This document shows, piece by piece, positions 38,575-47,311 of a stretch of 64,000 bases of DNA. Below the pieces are notes generated by a model. It worked only from the letters and a program-made list of their open reading frames with translations, ran no database searches and had not been told where the DNA came from. Position 1 is the stretch's first letter. Each line of letters opens with the position of its first letter. Source of the stretch: an uncultured Gammaproteobacteria bacterium (GTDB lineage: Bacteria > Patescibacteriota > Microgenomatia > CAZETR01 > Amesbacteraceae); NCBI GenBank assembly GCA_964543035.1, contig CAZIVL010000001.1:236159-300158 (forward strand). Reading direction: 5' to 3'. The position numbers and the translations under genes are program-made.

Positions 38575-40175
38575 CAAAAAAGTTGATCATTATTTTTCTG
38601 ATTTTCAGTTTGGGTCTTGGCTTACGCTTGTTCAAGCTCGATATTCGCCCAATAGGATTTACCTGGGATGAGGCAGCTTTAGGCTACAACGCCTATTCGT
38701 TATTTTTGACTGGCCGCGATGAGTATCGAGTGATTTTCCCCGTAGTCCTCAAATCGTTCGGAGATTACAAACCAGGACTCTATGCTTATCTGACTGCTCC
38801 ATCTGTGGCTTTTATTGGTTTGAATGAGCTTGCCACTCGCTTGCCTTCAGCCGTATTAGGATCACTTTTAGTACTCACAGTTTTTCTACTTGCTGGTCTA
38901 TTATTTTCGTATCGAGTTGGCATGTTTGCGGCCATTCTACTGGCCATCAATCCCTGGGCCATTCACTTTTCCCGGGGTGCCTGGGAAGCAAATCTGAGTC
39001 TGTTTCTCACCACCCTCGCCGTCACCCTATATCTAAAATCATACAAAATTCAAAATACGAGATACATGATGCTGTCCTCACTACTCTTCGGCCTGACTTT
39101 TTGGAGTTACCAAGGGGCAAAGCTTATGACTCCTCTCGTCATACTCAGTCTTTTGGTCTTATTTAGACCAAAAAAGATAGTTGTTGTCCCCTGGATTATT
39201 TTTCTAGCAGTCATTTCTCCTGTCATTATTGGTCTCAAAGATCAATCGGGTAGATTACAGGTTTTGAGTTTGTTTAATTACACCAGGTCGCATGAATCGA
39301 TATCTAGGATACAGGATCAAGAGGGTAGTACTAGCCCAGCCTGGGTATTTTCTTTGTTTCACTCCGAGTTGCTCGATCAGACGAGAGGAATTGTGGAGAG
39401 GTATCTAAATCATTTCTCTCCCAGATATCTGTTTTTTGAAGGGGACTGGTCAAACTTAAGGCACACAACCCCTTACTATGGATATTTTCATATCCCAGAG
39501 ATTATCTTTATTTTGGTGGGACTAGTTTATTTGCTAAAAAAGCCCTCTCCTCAGTCGCTCTTAATATTCTTTTGGTTGGTGTTCTCGCCACTGGCTGCCA
39601 GTATCTCCCGGGACATTGTATCGGGTGTTCGCAGTCTGCCTATGGTCATCCCGCTTACTATTGTAGGGGCAATTGGTTTGGCAAAAATTTCTTCAAAAAA
39701 AATTATTTTCTTAAGTCTTTCTCTATCGATGCTATTTTTTGTAGTGTATTACTTAGATTTATATTATGTCCACGCCCCCCATTATTCCGCTTCTGCCTGG
39801 CTGTATCCGTACAAAAGAGCCATCCAGCTGCTAAACAACAATATCAATAGCTATGACCGCGTAATTTTTACCAACACCTTGGGTCAACCTTATATTTACA
39901 TACTTTTTTACAACCAGGTCCACCCTAAGCTTTATCAGCCCTGGGCGAAGCTTCAAGAGAGTAAATCTCAAGACGTGGGCGAAGTAGTGGCCTGGGACAA
40001 ATATTTGTTTCGAAAAGTCGACTGGCCAGCCGAAAGGGGCAGTCACTCAACCATCTTCGTGGGCAATCAGTATGAACTACCAGAACAAGATATGAATCCA
40101 GCGCATCTGGTGCGCTTAGGGGAGATAGAATATCCAAACGGTTTACATGCATTACGGATTGTTGGACTAAAATGA
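38571..40175 (+). CDS. ArnT/PMT-like GT-C glycosyltransferase
   Basis: WDEAALGYNAYSLFLTGRDEY, SFGDYKPG, RLPSA, NPWAIHFSRGAWEAN. Confidence 0.88.
   Translation: MTKKLIIIFLIFSLGLGLRLFKLDIRPIGFTWDEAALGYNAYSLFLTGRDEYRVIFPVVLKSFGDYKPGLYAYLTAPSVAFIGLNELATRLPSAVLGSLLVLTVFLLAGLLFSYRVGMFAAILLAINPWAIHFSRGAWEANLSLFLTTLAVTLYLKSYKIQNTRYMMLSSLLFGLTFWSYQGAKLMTPLVILSLLVLFRPKKIVVVPWIIFLAVISPVIIGLKDQSGRLQVLSLFNYTRSHESISRIQDQEGSTSPAWVFSLFHSELLDQTRGIVERYLNHFSPRYLFFEGDWSNLRHTTPYYGYFHIPEIIFILVGLVYLLKKPSPQSLLIFFWLVFSPLAASISRDIVSGVRSLPMVIPLTIVGAIGLAKISSKKIIFLSLSLSMLFFVVYYLDLYYVHAPHYSASAWLYPYKRAIQLLNNNINSYDRVIFTNTLGQPYIYILFYNQVHPKLYQPWAKLQESKSQDVGEVVAWDKYLFRKVDWPAERGSHSTIFVGNQYELPEQDMNPAHLVRLGEIEYPNGLHALRIVGLK
39041..39068 (+). 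repeat. Intragenic heptamer tandem array (4x ATWCRNR)
   Basis: atacaaa attcaaa atacgag atacatg. Confidence 0.7.
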
Positions 40176-41848
40176 AAAAAATACTGCTTATCTTTATTCT
40201 GATCTTGGCTTCAGTTTTGCGTTTGTATGATCTGACTTCTTATCCATCAGGGCTAAATGCCGACGAAGCAGCCTTGGGTTACAACGCTTACTCCATCATG
40301 CTGACCGGGCGCGATGAACATGGGCATTTTCTGCCTATCAACCTTGAATCATTTGGCGATTTCAAGCCCGCCCTTTACTCGTATCTTCTTATCCCGTTTA
40401 TCAAAGTAATGGGTCTGACTGAGCTTGCAGTCCGTCTCCCCTCAGCCATTTTTGGGATACTGGCCGTTTTGTTTATATATTTACTTACCAATCTTGTCAT
40501 CCCGACCGATCCTGAGCCTGCCGAAGGAGAGCGGAGGGATCCCTCGACTCCGCTCGGGATGACAGCTGGGCATGTAGCTGCATTACTTTTGGCAATTTCT
40601 CCTTGGCATCTCCACTTTAGCAGGGGAGCATGGGAGGTCAATGTCGCCACAACCCTTTTATTAATCGGCGTGTGGTTGTTTCTCCGTTGGGCCAGACTCA
40701 AAAATAATTGGTCCATATTTTTTTCGATCTTTTGTTTTTCATTGTCTATGTACACCTATCAATCAACCCGAATTATAGCCCCGCTTATTGGTCTAGGACT
40801 GGCAGCGATTTATTTTAAGGATCTGGCCAGCCGCCCAAAACTAATAATACTTAATTTATTATTTACTTTGATTCTATTATCCCCTCTGGCCTACAACGTA
40901 CTCACCACCGATTCAGCATCTAGATTTTCAGGTGTAGGTTTTACAGCAGACGAGGGTCCCCTCAACCGTATCAAAGAATTTCGTGGCCAACACTCAAATC
41001 CTGCAAGCATAATGGCCCGAATCCTTCACAATCGTGTAGTTATATATTCAATCCAGTTTGCAAAAAATTACCTCGACCATTTCGGAGGAAACTTCTTGTT
41101 TGTAAACGGGGACATCATCCAGAGAAATCGTATTCCAGAGACCGGCCTTCTCTATCTCACCGACTTTATATTTGTAGTTCTCGGACTAATATACTTGATA
41201 CAAAACCTGTCTGCCGGCAGGCAGGGTACTAAATACAAAATACAAGTTATTTTATTGTGGCTTCTCATAGCTCCCATTGCTGCTGCTCTCACCTTTCAGA
41301 CACCCCATGCACTGAGATCCCAAAACATGATAATTCCCATCACGATCCTTACAGCCGCGGGGATCTATTGGATTATAAAAAGATGGCAGACAATCGGGGG
41401 AGTAATTTTAGTTATTTTTTACTTATTCCAGGTGACTAGATATATTCATCAGTACTATGTCCATTATCCAAAAGAGTATCCAGCAGCCTGGGAATTTGGA
41501 TTCAAAGAGGTGGTAGCATATGCCGAGTCTAAAAAAGAAGAGTATGACCGCGTGCTTGTTACCGACAAATATGACCAGCCGTACATTTTGTTTCTGTTTT
41601 ATTCAAAATATCCACCCCACTTGTTTCAAGGACAGCACCAGCTGACAGTCAGAGACAAGTTTAACTTTTCGACTGTCAGAGACTACGACAAATACCATTT
41701 TGAGTCGACTCCCTGGGACAAAGTGCGAGATAATCACTCCAGTCTGATTATAGCCGCTCCAGAGGATATACCAGCAGAAGGGGTAAATGTCGTAAATACG
41801 ATATATTTCCCAAATGGGGAGGAAGCGTTTAAGATAGTCTCAAACTAG
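40172..41848 (+). CDS. ArnT/PMT-like GT-C glycosyltransferase carrying two in-frame palindromic inserts
   Basis: ADEAALGYNAYSIMLTGRDEHG, SFGDFKP, RLPSA, SPWHLHFSRGAWEVN. Confidence 0.88.
   Translation: MKKILLIFILILASVLRLYDLTSYPSGLNADEAALGYNAYSIMLTGRDEHGHFLPINLESFGDFKPALYSYLLIPFIKVMGLTELAVRLPSAIFGILAVLFIYLLTNLVIPTDPEPAEGERRDPSTPLGMTAGHVAALLLAISPWHLHFSRGAWEVNVATTLLLIGVWLFLRWARLKNNWSIFFSIFCFSLSMYTYQSTRIIAPLIGLGLAAIYFKDLASRPKLIILNLLFTLILLSPLAYNVLTTDSASRFSGVGFTADEGPLNRIKEFRGQHSNPASIMARILHNRVVIYSIQFAKNYLDHFGGNFLFVNGDIIQRNRIPETGLLYLTDFIFVVLGLIYLIQNLSAGRQGTKYKIQVILLWLLIAPIAAALTFQTPHALRSQNMIIPITILTAAGIYWIIKRWQTIGGVILVIFYLFQVTRYIHQYYVHYPKEYPAAWEFGFKEVVAYAESKKEEYDRVLVTDKYDQPYILFLFYSKYPPHLFQGQHQLTVRDKFNFSTVRDYDKYHFESTPWDKVRDNHSSLIIAAPEDIPAEGVNVVNTIYFPNGEEAFKIVSN
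40495..40564. mobile_element. REP/RPE-like palindromic element translated in-frame inside CDS 40172-41848
   Basis: Perfect 11-bp arms tgtcatcccga / tcgggatgaca; internal gagggatccctc (40534-40545); inner tcctgagcctgccgaagga (40510-40528). Encodes VIPTDPEPAEGERRDPSTPLGMT. Confidence 0.88.
41191..41246 (+). repeat. 5x ATACWNN heptamer array interrupted by a 21-nt palindromic insert (41206-41226)
   Basis: atacttg atacaaa a[cctgtctgccggcaggcaggg]tactaa atacaaa atacaag. Confidence 0.85.
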
Positions 41849-41849
41849 A

Positions 41850-42626
41850 ATGACCAAAAAAATTCACTTGTCTATCGTACTCGCCACTCGCAATGAAGCC
41901 TCGGTTTTGGACAGATGCCTGGCCAGTGTAAAAGACATAGCAGACGAGATTGTAATAGCAGACGAACATTCTTCCGACGACACAGTAAAGATCGCCAAGT
42001 TTTACAAAGCTCGGGTGATATCAGTAGATCACAACGACAATTTTCACATTACCAAAAATATTGCCATTGATGCCGCAATTGGAAATTGGATACTCCAGCT
42101 TGACGCCGATGAGGTCGTATCTCCCGAACTGGCCAGTGAAATTTCGAAAATTACCGACAACCTACAACCAACAACATATAACGGCTTTTGGATAAACCGT
42201 CGCAACTGGTTTCTCAACCGTTTTTTGACCAAAGGTGGTCAATACCCAGACCCAACTATTAGATTATATAGACGGGACACGGGTCGGCTTCCTGCCCGTG
42301 ACGTCCACGAGCAGGCAAAAGTAGAGGGTAGTATAGGACGCCTCACACACGATCTGTTGCACTACCGAGACGTATCCTTTGAAAAATATATGGATGGTTT
42401 CAATAGGTACAGCACGTTCTTATCACAGCAGATGGCAGACAAAAAAATACCAATAAATGTGCTACAAGCAATTAACTATTTAGCCATCAAACCAGTTAGT
42501 ATCTTTTTCATGATTTATTTTCGTCACTTGGGGTTAGTGGACGGTTTTGCTGGATTTGTCTTCGCTCTATTCTCCGGCCTAATTCACGGAGTCGCTTATA
42601 TAAAACATTGGCAGAGGTCCATATGA
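41850..42626 (+). CDS. GT2 (LgtF-like)
   Basis: SIVLATRNE, DEHSSD, KN, QLDADE, YPD..IRLYR, VHE. Confidence 0.9.
   Translation: MTKKIHLSIVLATRNEASVLDRCLASVKDIADEIVIADEHSSDDTVKIAKFYKARVISVDHNDNFHITKNIAIDAAIGNWILQLDADEVVSPELASEISKITDNLQPTTYNGFWINRRNWFLNRFLTKGGQYPDPTIRLYRRDTGRLPARDVHEQAKVEGSIGRLTHDLLHYRDVSFEKYMDGFNRYSTFLSQQMADKKIPINVLQAINYLAIKPVSIFFMIYFRHLGLVDGFAGFVFALFSGLIHGVAYIKHWQRSI
42150..42184 (+). repeat. Intragenic heptamer tandem array (5x, ACAACNN-like)
   Basis: attaccg acaacct acaacca acaacat ataacgg. Confidence 0.7.
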
Positions 42627-43603
42627 AAAAAATTGGCCTTGTCACCACACCTCTCACTTCAGGACATGCAATCCGAGGTGTAGGTTTTTATACCAAACGC
42701 CTCCTCCCACGCCTCAAAGAGCAGGCTGCTTCGCACGGCCTAGAAATAGTAGACCCGACAACTTCCAGTTTTGACTTAATTCACTATCCATATTTTGATC
42801 TATTTTCTCATACATTACCCATTCTGAAATCCAAAAAAACTGTAGTTACCATCCACGACGTTATCCCTCTGGAGTTTCCAGATCATTACCCGCCTGGATT
42901 CAAGGGTAGCCTCAACCTGTTTTTGCAAAAGCTGTCTCTTTACAATGTCGATAGAGTCATTACCGACTCTTATGCGTCTATAAAGACTATTCGGAAGTAC
43001 CTGGGAGTACCTCATGAAAAGCTAAAGCTAGTGTATCTGGCAGCAGACCCGATATTTAAAAAAGTAAAAAACCCCAAAAACAAATTTCATCTTCCCAAGA
43101 AATTTATTCTCTACGTGGGTGATATAAATTTCAACAAAAATATTCCAAATTTACTTGTAGCAGCAAAGATCACAGGTCTACCGCTTGTTATCGTGGGTAA
43201 GCAAGCGAGTGAGATGCCCAATATGGACTTAAGACACCCAGAGCTTCGCCACCTCTTGGATACAAAGTGGAGTCATGTCATACGTCTTGGCTTCGTATCC
43301 GACGAGGACTTGGTGGACATTTACAATCTGGCTACAGTGTATTGCCAGCCATCATTGTCTGAAGGATTTGGTCTGCCGGTTTTGGAAGCCCTGTCTTGTG
43401 GCACGGCAGTGGCTTGTAGCAACAGATCCTCCTTGCCAGAAATAGCAGGCGATGCCGCTACATATTTTGATCCCGAAGATCCAAACCTGATTGCAGATGC
43501 TATCCAAATGGCCAGTCCAAAAGGATCACAAGATCAGGTCAATAAATTCTCATGGGAAAAAGCAGCCGAAGAGACTCTCCTTACGTACTTAGAAGCGTTA
43601 TGA
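42623..43603 (+). CDS. GT4 (MtfB/WbaZ-like)
   Basis: RGVGFY, VTIHDVIP, LYVG...KN, EGFGLPVLEALSCG, SSLPEIAG, FSWE. Confidence 0.92.
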   Translation: MKKIGLVTTPLTSGHAIRGVGFYTKRLLPRLKEQAASHGLEIVDPTTSSFDLIHYPYFDLFSHTLPILKSKKTVVTIHDVIPLEFPDHYPPGFKGSLNLFLQKLSLYNVDRVITDSYASIKTIRKYLGVPHEKLKLVYLAADPIFKKVKNPKNKFHLPKKFILYVGDINFNKNIPNLLVAAKITGLPLVIVGKQASEMPNMDLRHPELRHLLDTKWSHVIRLGFVSDEDLVDIYNLATVYCQPSLSEGFGLPVLEALSCGTAVACSNRSSLPEIAGDAATYFDPEDPNLIADAIQMASPKGSQDQVNKFSWEKAAEETLLTYLEAL

Positions 43604-44706
43604 ACACAAAAAGCATTTTCAAGTATTTTCTTCTGTCACAGATACTAATTATTACTATTACTCTTTTTTCTCCTCGGTTCCTAATACTTAGAGAAACATA
43701 TCTAGGTGGTGCCACCCAGACATATCAATCGAACCCTCTTATCTACTCCCGGGGTAATTTTGATGGTATTCATTACATTGCCATTGCCAAAAATAGCTAT
43801 GGCCACCTTCAGCAAGCATTTTTTCCTCTGTATCCCATGACAATTCGATACGCTAATACTTTGTTTGCAAATCCATATTTGTCGGGCATTTTCATATCAA
43901 GTATTTCATTCGTTCTTTCACTAGTAGTCTTTAAGAAATTAATTGCGCTAGATTATTCAGATCAGATCGTGCGACACACTCTTTTATCACTAATTTTTTT
44001 TCCGACCAGCTTTTTCTTTTCATTTGTCTATACCGAAGGGCTATTTTTTCTTCTGATACTTATCTCTTTATATCTTGCCAGGACAAACCGCTGGTGGCTG
44101 GCAGGAGCAGTAGGTGCATTGGCTTCTTATACTAGATTTATAGGCATTTTTCTCATCCCAGCCTTACTGGTCGAGGCCTATTTGCAAAAACGCCTTAATT
44201 TAAAAAACATTTTAGCAATAGGTTTGGTTATTGTAGGCTTAGGATTATTTATGAATTATTTGGGAGGAAGTGTAGGGGACCCTCTCGCATTTATTCATGT
44301 CCAAAAGTATTTTGGCCAGGGTCGTTCTGATTCAATTATACTTTGGCCTCAAGTGGTCTGGAGGTATCTGAAGATGGTAGCTACTGTAAATCAGTCAGAC
44401 CCTTTGTATCTGACCATTATTTTTGAGTTTGGAGTCAGCTTGTTGTTTTCAGTTCTTACATTTTTTTCAGTGCTTAGGGTCAGAGCCAGTTATGCCTTAT
44501 TTGGTTTATTGGCATATATTACTCCTACTTTGACCGGTAGTTTTACATCCATGCCGCGATATGTCTTGGTGTGTTTTTCAAGCTTCGTCTTGTTAGGACA
44601 GATATTGTCAAAACATAGATGGGCAAGACTTATTTATATTCTGTCTTCAGTTATTCTAATGGCAATTTTTCTCACCCTCTTTGTCAGAGGTTACTGGGTT
44701 GCATAA
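43600..44706 (+). CDS. PIG-V/GT76-like GT-C mannosyltransferase-family protein
   Basis: NFDGIHYIAIA..SY...AFFPLYP, FPTSFF...YTEGLF, TR..G, SMPRY. Confidence 0.85.
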   Translation: MNTKSIFKYFLLSQILIITITLFSPRFLILRETYLGGATQTYQSNPLIYSRGNFDGIHYIAIAKNSYGHLQQAFFPLYPMTIRYANTLFANPYLSGIFISSISFVLSLVVFKKLIALDYSDQIVRHTLLSLIFFPTSFFFSFVYTEGLFFLLILISLYLARTNRWWLAGAVGALASYTRFIGIFLIPALLVEAYLQKRLNLKNILAIGLVIVGLGLFMNYLGGSVGDPLAFIHVQKYFGQGRSDSIILWPQVVWRYLKMVATVNQSDPLYLTIIFEFGVSLLFSVLTFFSVLRVRASYALFGLLAYITPTLTGSFTSMPRYVLVCFSSFVLLGQILSKHRWARLIYILSSVILMAIFLTLFVRGYWVA

Positions 44707-44721
44707 ACGCACACGCAATTA

Positions 44722-44727
44722 TATAGT
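44722..44727 (+). promoter_or_regulatory. Putative -10 box (leaderless)
   Basis: TATAGT, 8 nt before ATG 44736 in a 29-nt gap. Confidence 0.4.
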
Positions 44728-44735
44728 TCAGCCTA

Positions 44736-45515
44736 ATGAAGCCCTATCTATCTGTGGTTTTACCAGCATACAAACAAGAAAAACATATTGTAAAAAATGT
44801 GAGAAGGCTCAAAGAAGTCTTAGAAAAGTTAAATGTAACCTATGAAATAATTAGTGTTTCAGATGGACGTTTAGACAAAACTCAGTCTAATCTAAAAAAA
44901 GCAAAGATGCGAAATGTTATTTCAACAGGTTATGAGCAAAACAGAGGAAAAGGACAAGCAGTGAGGTTTGGTATGGCAATGGCTAGAGGAAAAATAGTTG
45001 GCTTTGTCGATTCAGGTGATCTTGATTACTCAGTTATTCCATTATTATTTGAGCATATGAAATGGTACGAAGCAGACGTGATTCTTGCTTCAAAGAGACA
45101 TCCTGCATCCAAAGTCAGTTATCCTTGGCAAAGAAGAATAATTTCATGGGTATATCAGATTATGGTAAAAATTATGTTCGGGCTAAATCTTAAAGACACA
45201 CAAGTCGGAATGAAGTTTTTTAAGAAAGAAGTTATTGAAAAAGTGCTCCCCAGAATTTTAGTAAAGGAATTTGCTTTCGACATAGAGATGTTAGCCGTCG
45301 CGAATTATCTAGGTTTCAAGAGAATTTACGAGGCTCCAGTAAAATTGTCTCTTGATTTTAACAAAGCCTCATCTGTCATCTCAAAAGGATTCGTACGTAC
45401 AGTTTTTCGCATGATTTGGGATACAATATCTGTATTCTACAGATTAAGGATTCGAAGATACTATGACGATGCAAACAAAAAAAATTGGCAACCCAATATG
45501 TATCTAGAATGGTAA
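44736..45515 (+). CDS. GT2, dolichyl/polyprenyl-phosphate glycosyltransferase-like
   Basis: VVLPAY, NRGKGQAVR, ASKRHP, DTQVGMKFF, FAFDIE. Confidence 0.88.
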   Translation: MKPYLSVVLPAYKQEKHIVKNVRRLKEVLEKLNVTYEIISVSDGRLDKTQSNLKKAKMRNVISTGYEQNRGKGQAVRFGMAMARGKIVGFVDSGDLDYSVIPLLFEHMKWYEADVILASKRHPASKVSYPWQRRIISWVYQIMVKIMFGLNLKDTQVGMKFFKKEVIEKVLPRILVKEFAFDIEMLAVANYLGFKRIYEAPVKLSLDFNKASSVISKGFVRTVFRMIWDTISVFYRLRIRRYYDDANKKNWQPNMYLEW

Positions 45516-47311
45516 GACACCTAGCTATATTTGTTTTTCTTTTCATTTATTCATGTGGTTTGGCGGTGGCCAACGATCAATTTATAACGGTAGTTAATCC
45601 TGTCCGCATCTCCCATTACAACCCAGATTCGTCAGAGGGTGTTTCGGCACAATATGGGATTATTAATGAGTTTGGTCTTCCAGCCACCTGGCTTATGACT
45701 TATGACGCGCTTAGCGATCCAAAGCTTGTAAAAGTTATCAAAGGTTTTTCAAACAACCAAGAACTGGGTATATTTATGGAAATCACACCTTCTTTTGCCA
45801 AGGCCTCAGGCGTCACTTATTTCCAGTCGGGGAGCTGGCACTTTGGTTCATCAGTATTTCTGACTGGATACACAAGAGAGGACAGATTAAAGCTAATTGA
45901 CAGAATCTTTTCAAAATTCAAGGAGACATTTGACTCGTATCCGACTTCAGTTGGGGCTTGGTGGATAGACAGCGCTTCAATTAAGTATATGAAAGACAAA
46001 TATGAGATTACTGCAGTACTTGGGTGCGCAGATCAGTATGCCACCGACAATTACCAGTTATGGGGTCAGTATTGGTCTACTCCATTTTATCCCAGCCTGC
46101 ATCACGCCGGTACTCCCGCCCAAGACGTCAGTAACAAGATTGACGTTGTCAAACTTCAATGGGCGGCCCGCCATCCCCGAGACGGCTATCTAAGTAGCCT
46201 ATATAGCACCCAGGATTATTTCACTCTCCCCAAAAAAGAATCGACAGAGTACTTTTCCAGACTCTTAGATATTTATCAGAAATCCCAAAACAGATTTTCA
46301 CAAATTACAGTAGGCTTAGAGGGCGATTTTTCGCCGAACGTATATCAAGGGGAGTTTAAAAATCAAATAGCAATAGTTGCAAAAAATTCAGCAAAGAAGA
46401 CAACAATGGCAGGTTTTGCTGATTGGTATCAAATGAGTTTCCCAGAAGTCTCTCCTGAACAGACAATTGAAATTGATAACTTTATTTGGTATCAGTCGCC
46501 CTTTTATCGAGTCGGTCTAGACAAAAAGACAAACACAATAGTAGACATGCGTGTCTATTCAAAAAACATCATTGAGCCTTATGATAAATGGCCTCAAAGA
46601 GAAAAAGACTTGCGTATATACATACCATCAGTAATTGACACGCACCAATCACCAAACGAAAAATGGGAGCTTGGAAAAGCGGAAATTAAATTTTCGCCAG
46701 AATACTTAACAATTTCAAATCTTACTTTAGCTCCCCCTAAATGGGTCACAGATTCTTTGTATTTAGAAGTAAAACAGTCAAAGTCAGATACTTGGAAATT
46801 TATTCCAAAAAAAGAGTATCCATGGAGTCCAGAAGGGGCTACTATCCGGGATTGGTCACTCGAGGCAAAGCATATTCTAAAATCTCCTCGCACACTTCTA
46901 AAAACAATATTTTCAAAAGATATCCAGAAGTTGAGCCGCGAGACCTACTCCATTAGTTCTGGTGAGCTAGAAGCACTAGAAAAGCTTCGCCTAATGGAAT
47001 CAGGAAAAGTATTGGTATACGATCACGAATGTCTTCAATGTAGCTGGTTTGGATTGTATCGTCCAGCAGTCTTTGCAAACACCAGAAGATATGTAAAAGA
47101 CTATTCCCAAAAGCCAATTGTATATAACAAATCAATTGTGGAGGCCCAAGATAGGGTGGCCTCAAAAAAAGAGCTTCAAGCTCTTAAAGTAAAATATATA
47201 TATTTAGTAAAATATGCCGATTATCAAGAAATTTTGCCTTTCTCTCCAGGCGATCTGGGCGTGGAAGTTATTTTTGAAAATGCCTATGTCAAAATCTGGC
47301 AAGTAATATGA
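45509..47311 (+). CDS. Exported protein, polysaccharide deacetylase/glycoside hydrolase-like barrel plus C-terminal domain
   Basis: Signal-like N-terminus; LPATWL..YDAL, ELGIFME, F.E.F..YP.SVGAW.ID resemble the NodB/GH57-type barrel. Confidence 0.6.
   Translation: MVRHLAIFVFLFIYSCGLAVANDQFITVVNPVRISHYNPDSSEGVSAQYGIINEFGLPATWLMTYDALSDPKLVKVIKGFSNNQELGIFMEITPSFAKASGVTYFQSGSWHFGSSVFLTGYTREDRLKLIDRIFSKFKETFDSYPTSVGAWWIDSASIKYMKDKYEITAVLGCADQYATDNYQLWGQYWSTPFYPSLHHAGTPAQDVSNKIDVVKLQWAARHPRDGYLSSLYSTQDYFTLPKKESTEYFSRLLDIYQKSQNRFSQITVGLEGDFSPNVYQGEFKNQIAIVAKNSAKKTTMAGFADWYQMSFPEVSPEQTIEIDNFIWYQSPFYRVGLDKKTNTIVDMRVYSKNIIEPYDKWPQREKDLRIYIPSVIDTHQSPNEKWELGKAEIKFSPEYLTISNLTLAPPKWVTDSLYLEVKQSKSDTWKFIPKKEYPWSPEGATIRDWSLEAKHILKSPRTLLKTIFSKDIQKLSRETYSISSGELEALEKLRLMESGKVLVYDHECLQCSWFGLYRPAVFANTRRYVKDYSQKPIVYNKSIVEAQDRVASKKELQALKVKYIYLVKYADYQEILPFSPGDLGVEVIFENAYVKIWQVI

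Noticed and set aside
40841-40876. Possible heptamer periodicity in an AT-rich TM segment
   Set aside because: Too degenerate to separate from Leu/Ile/Phe codon bias
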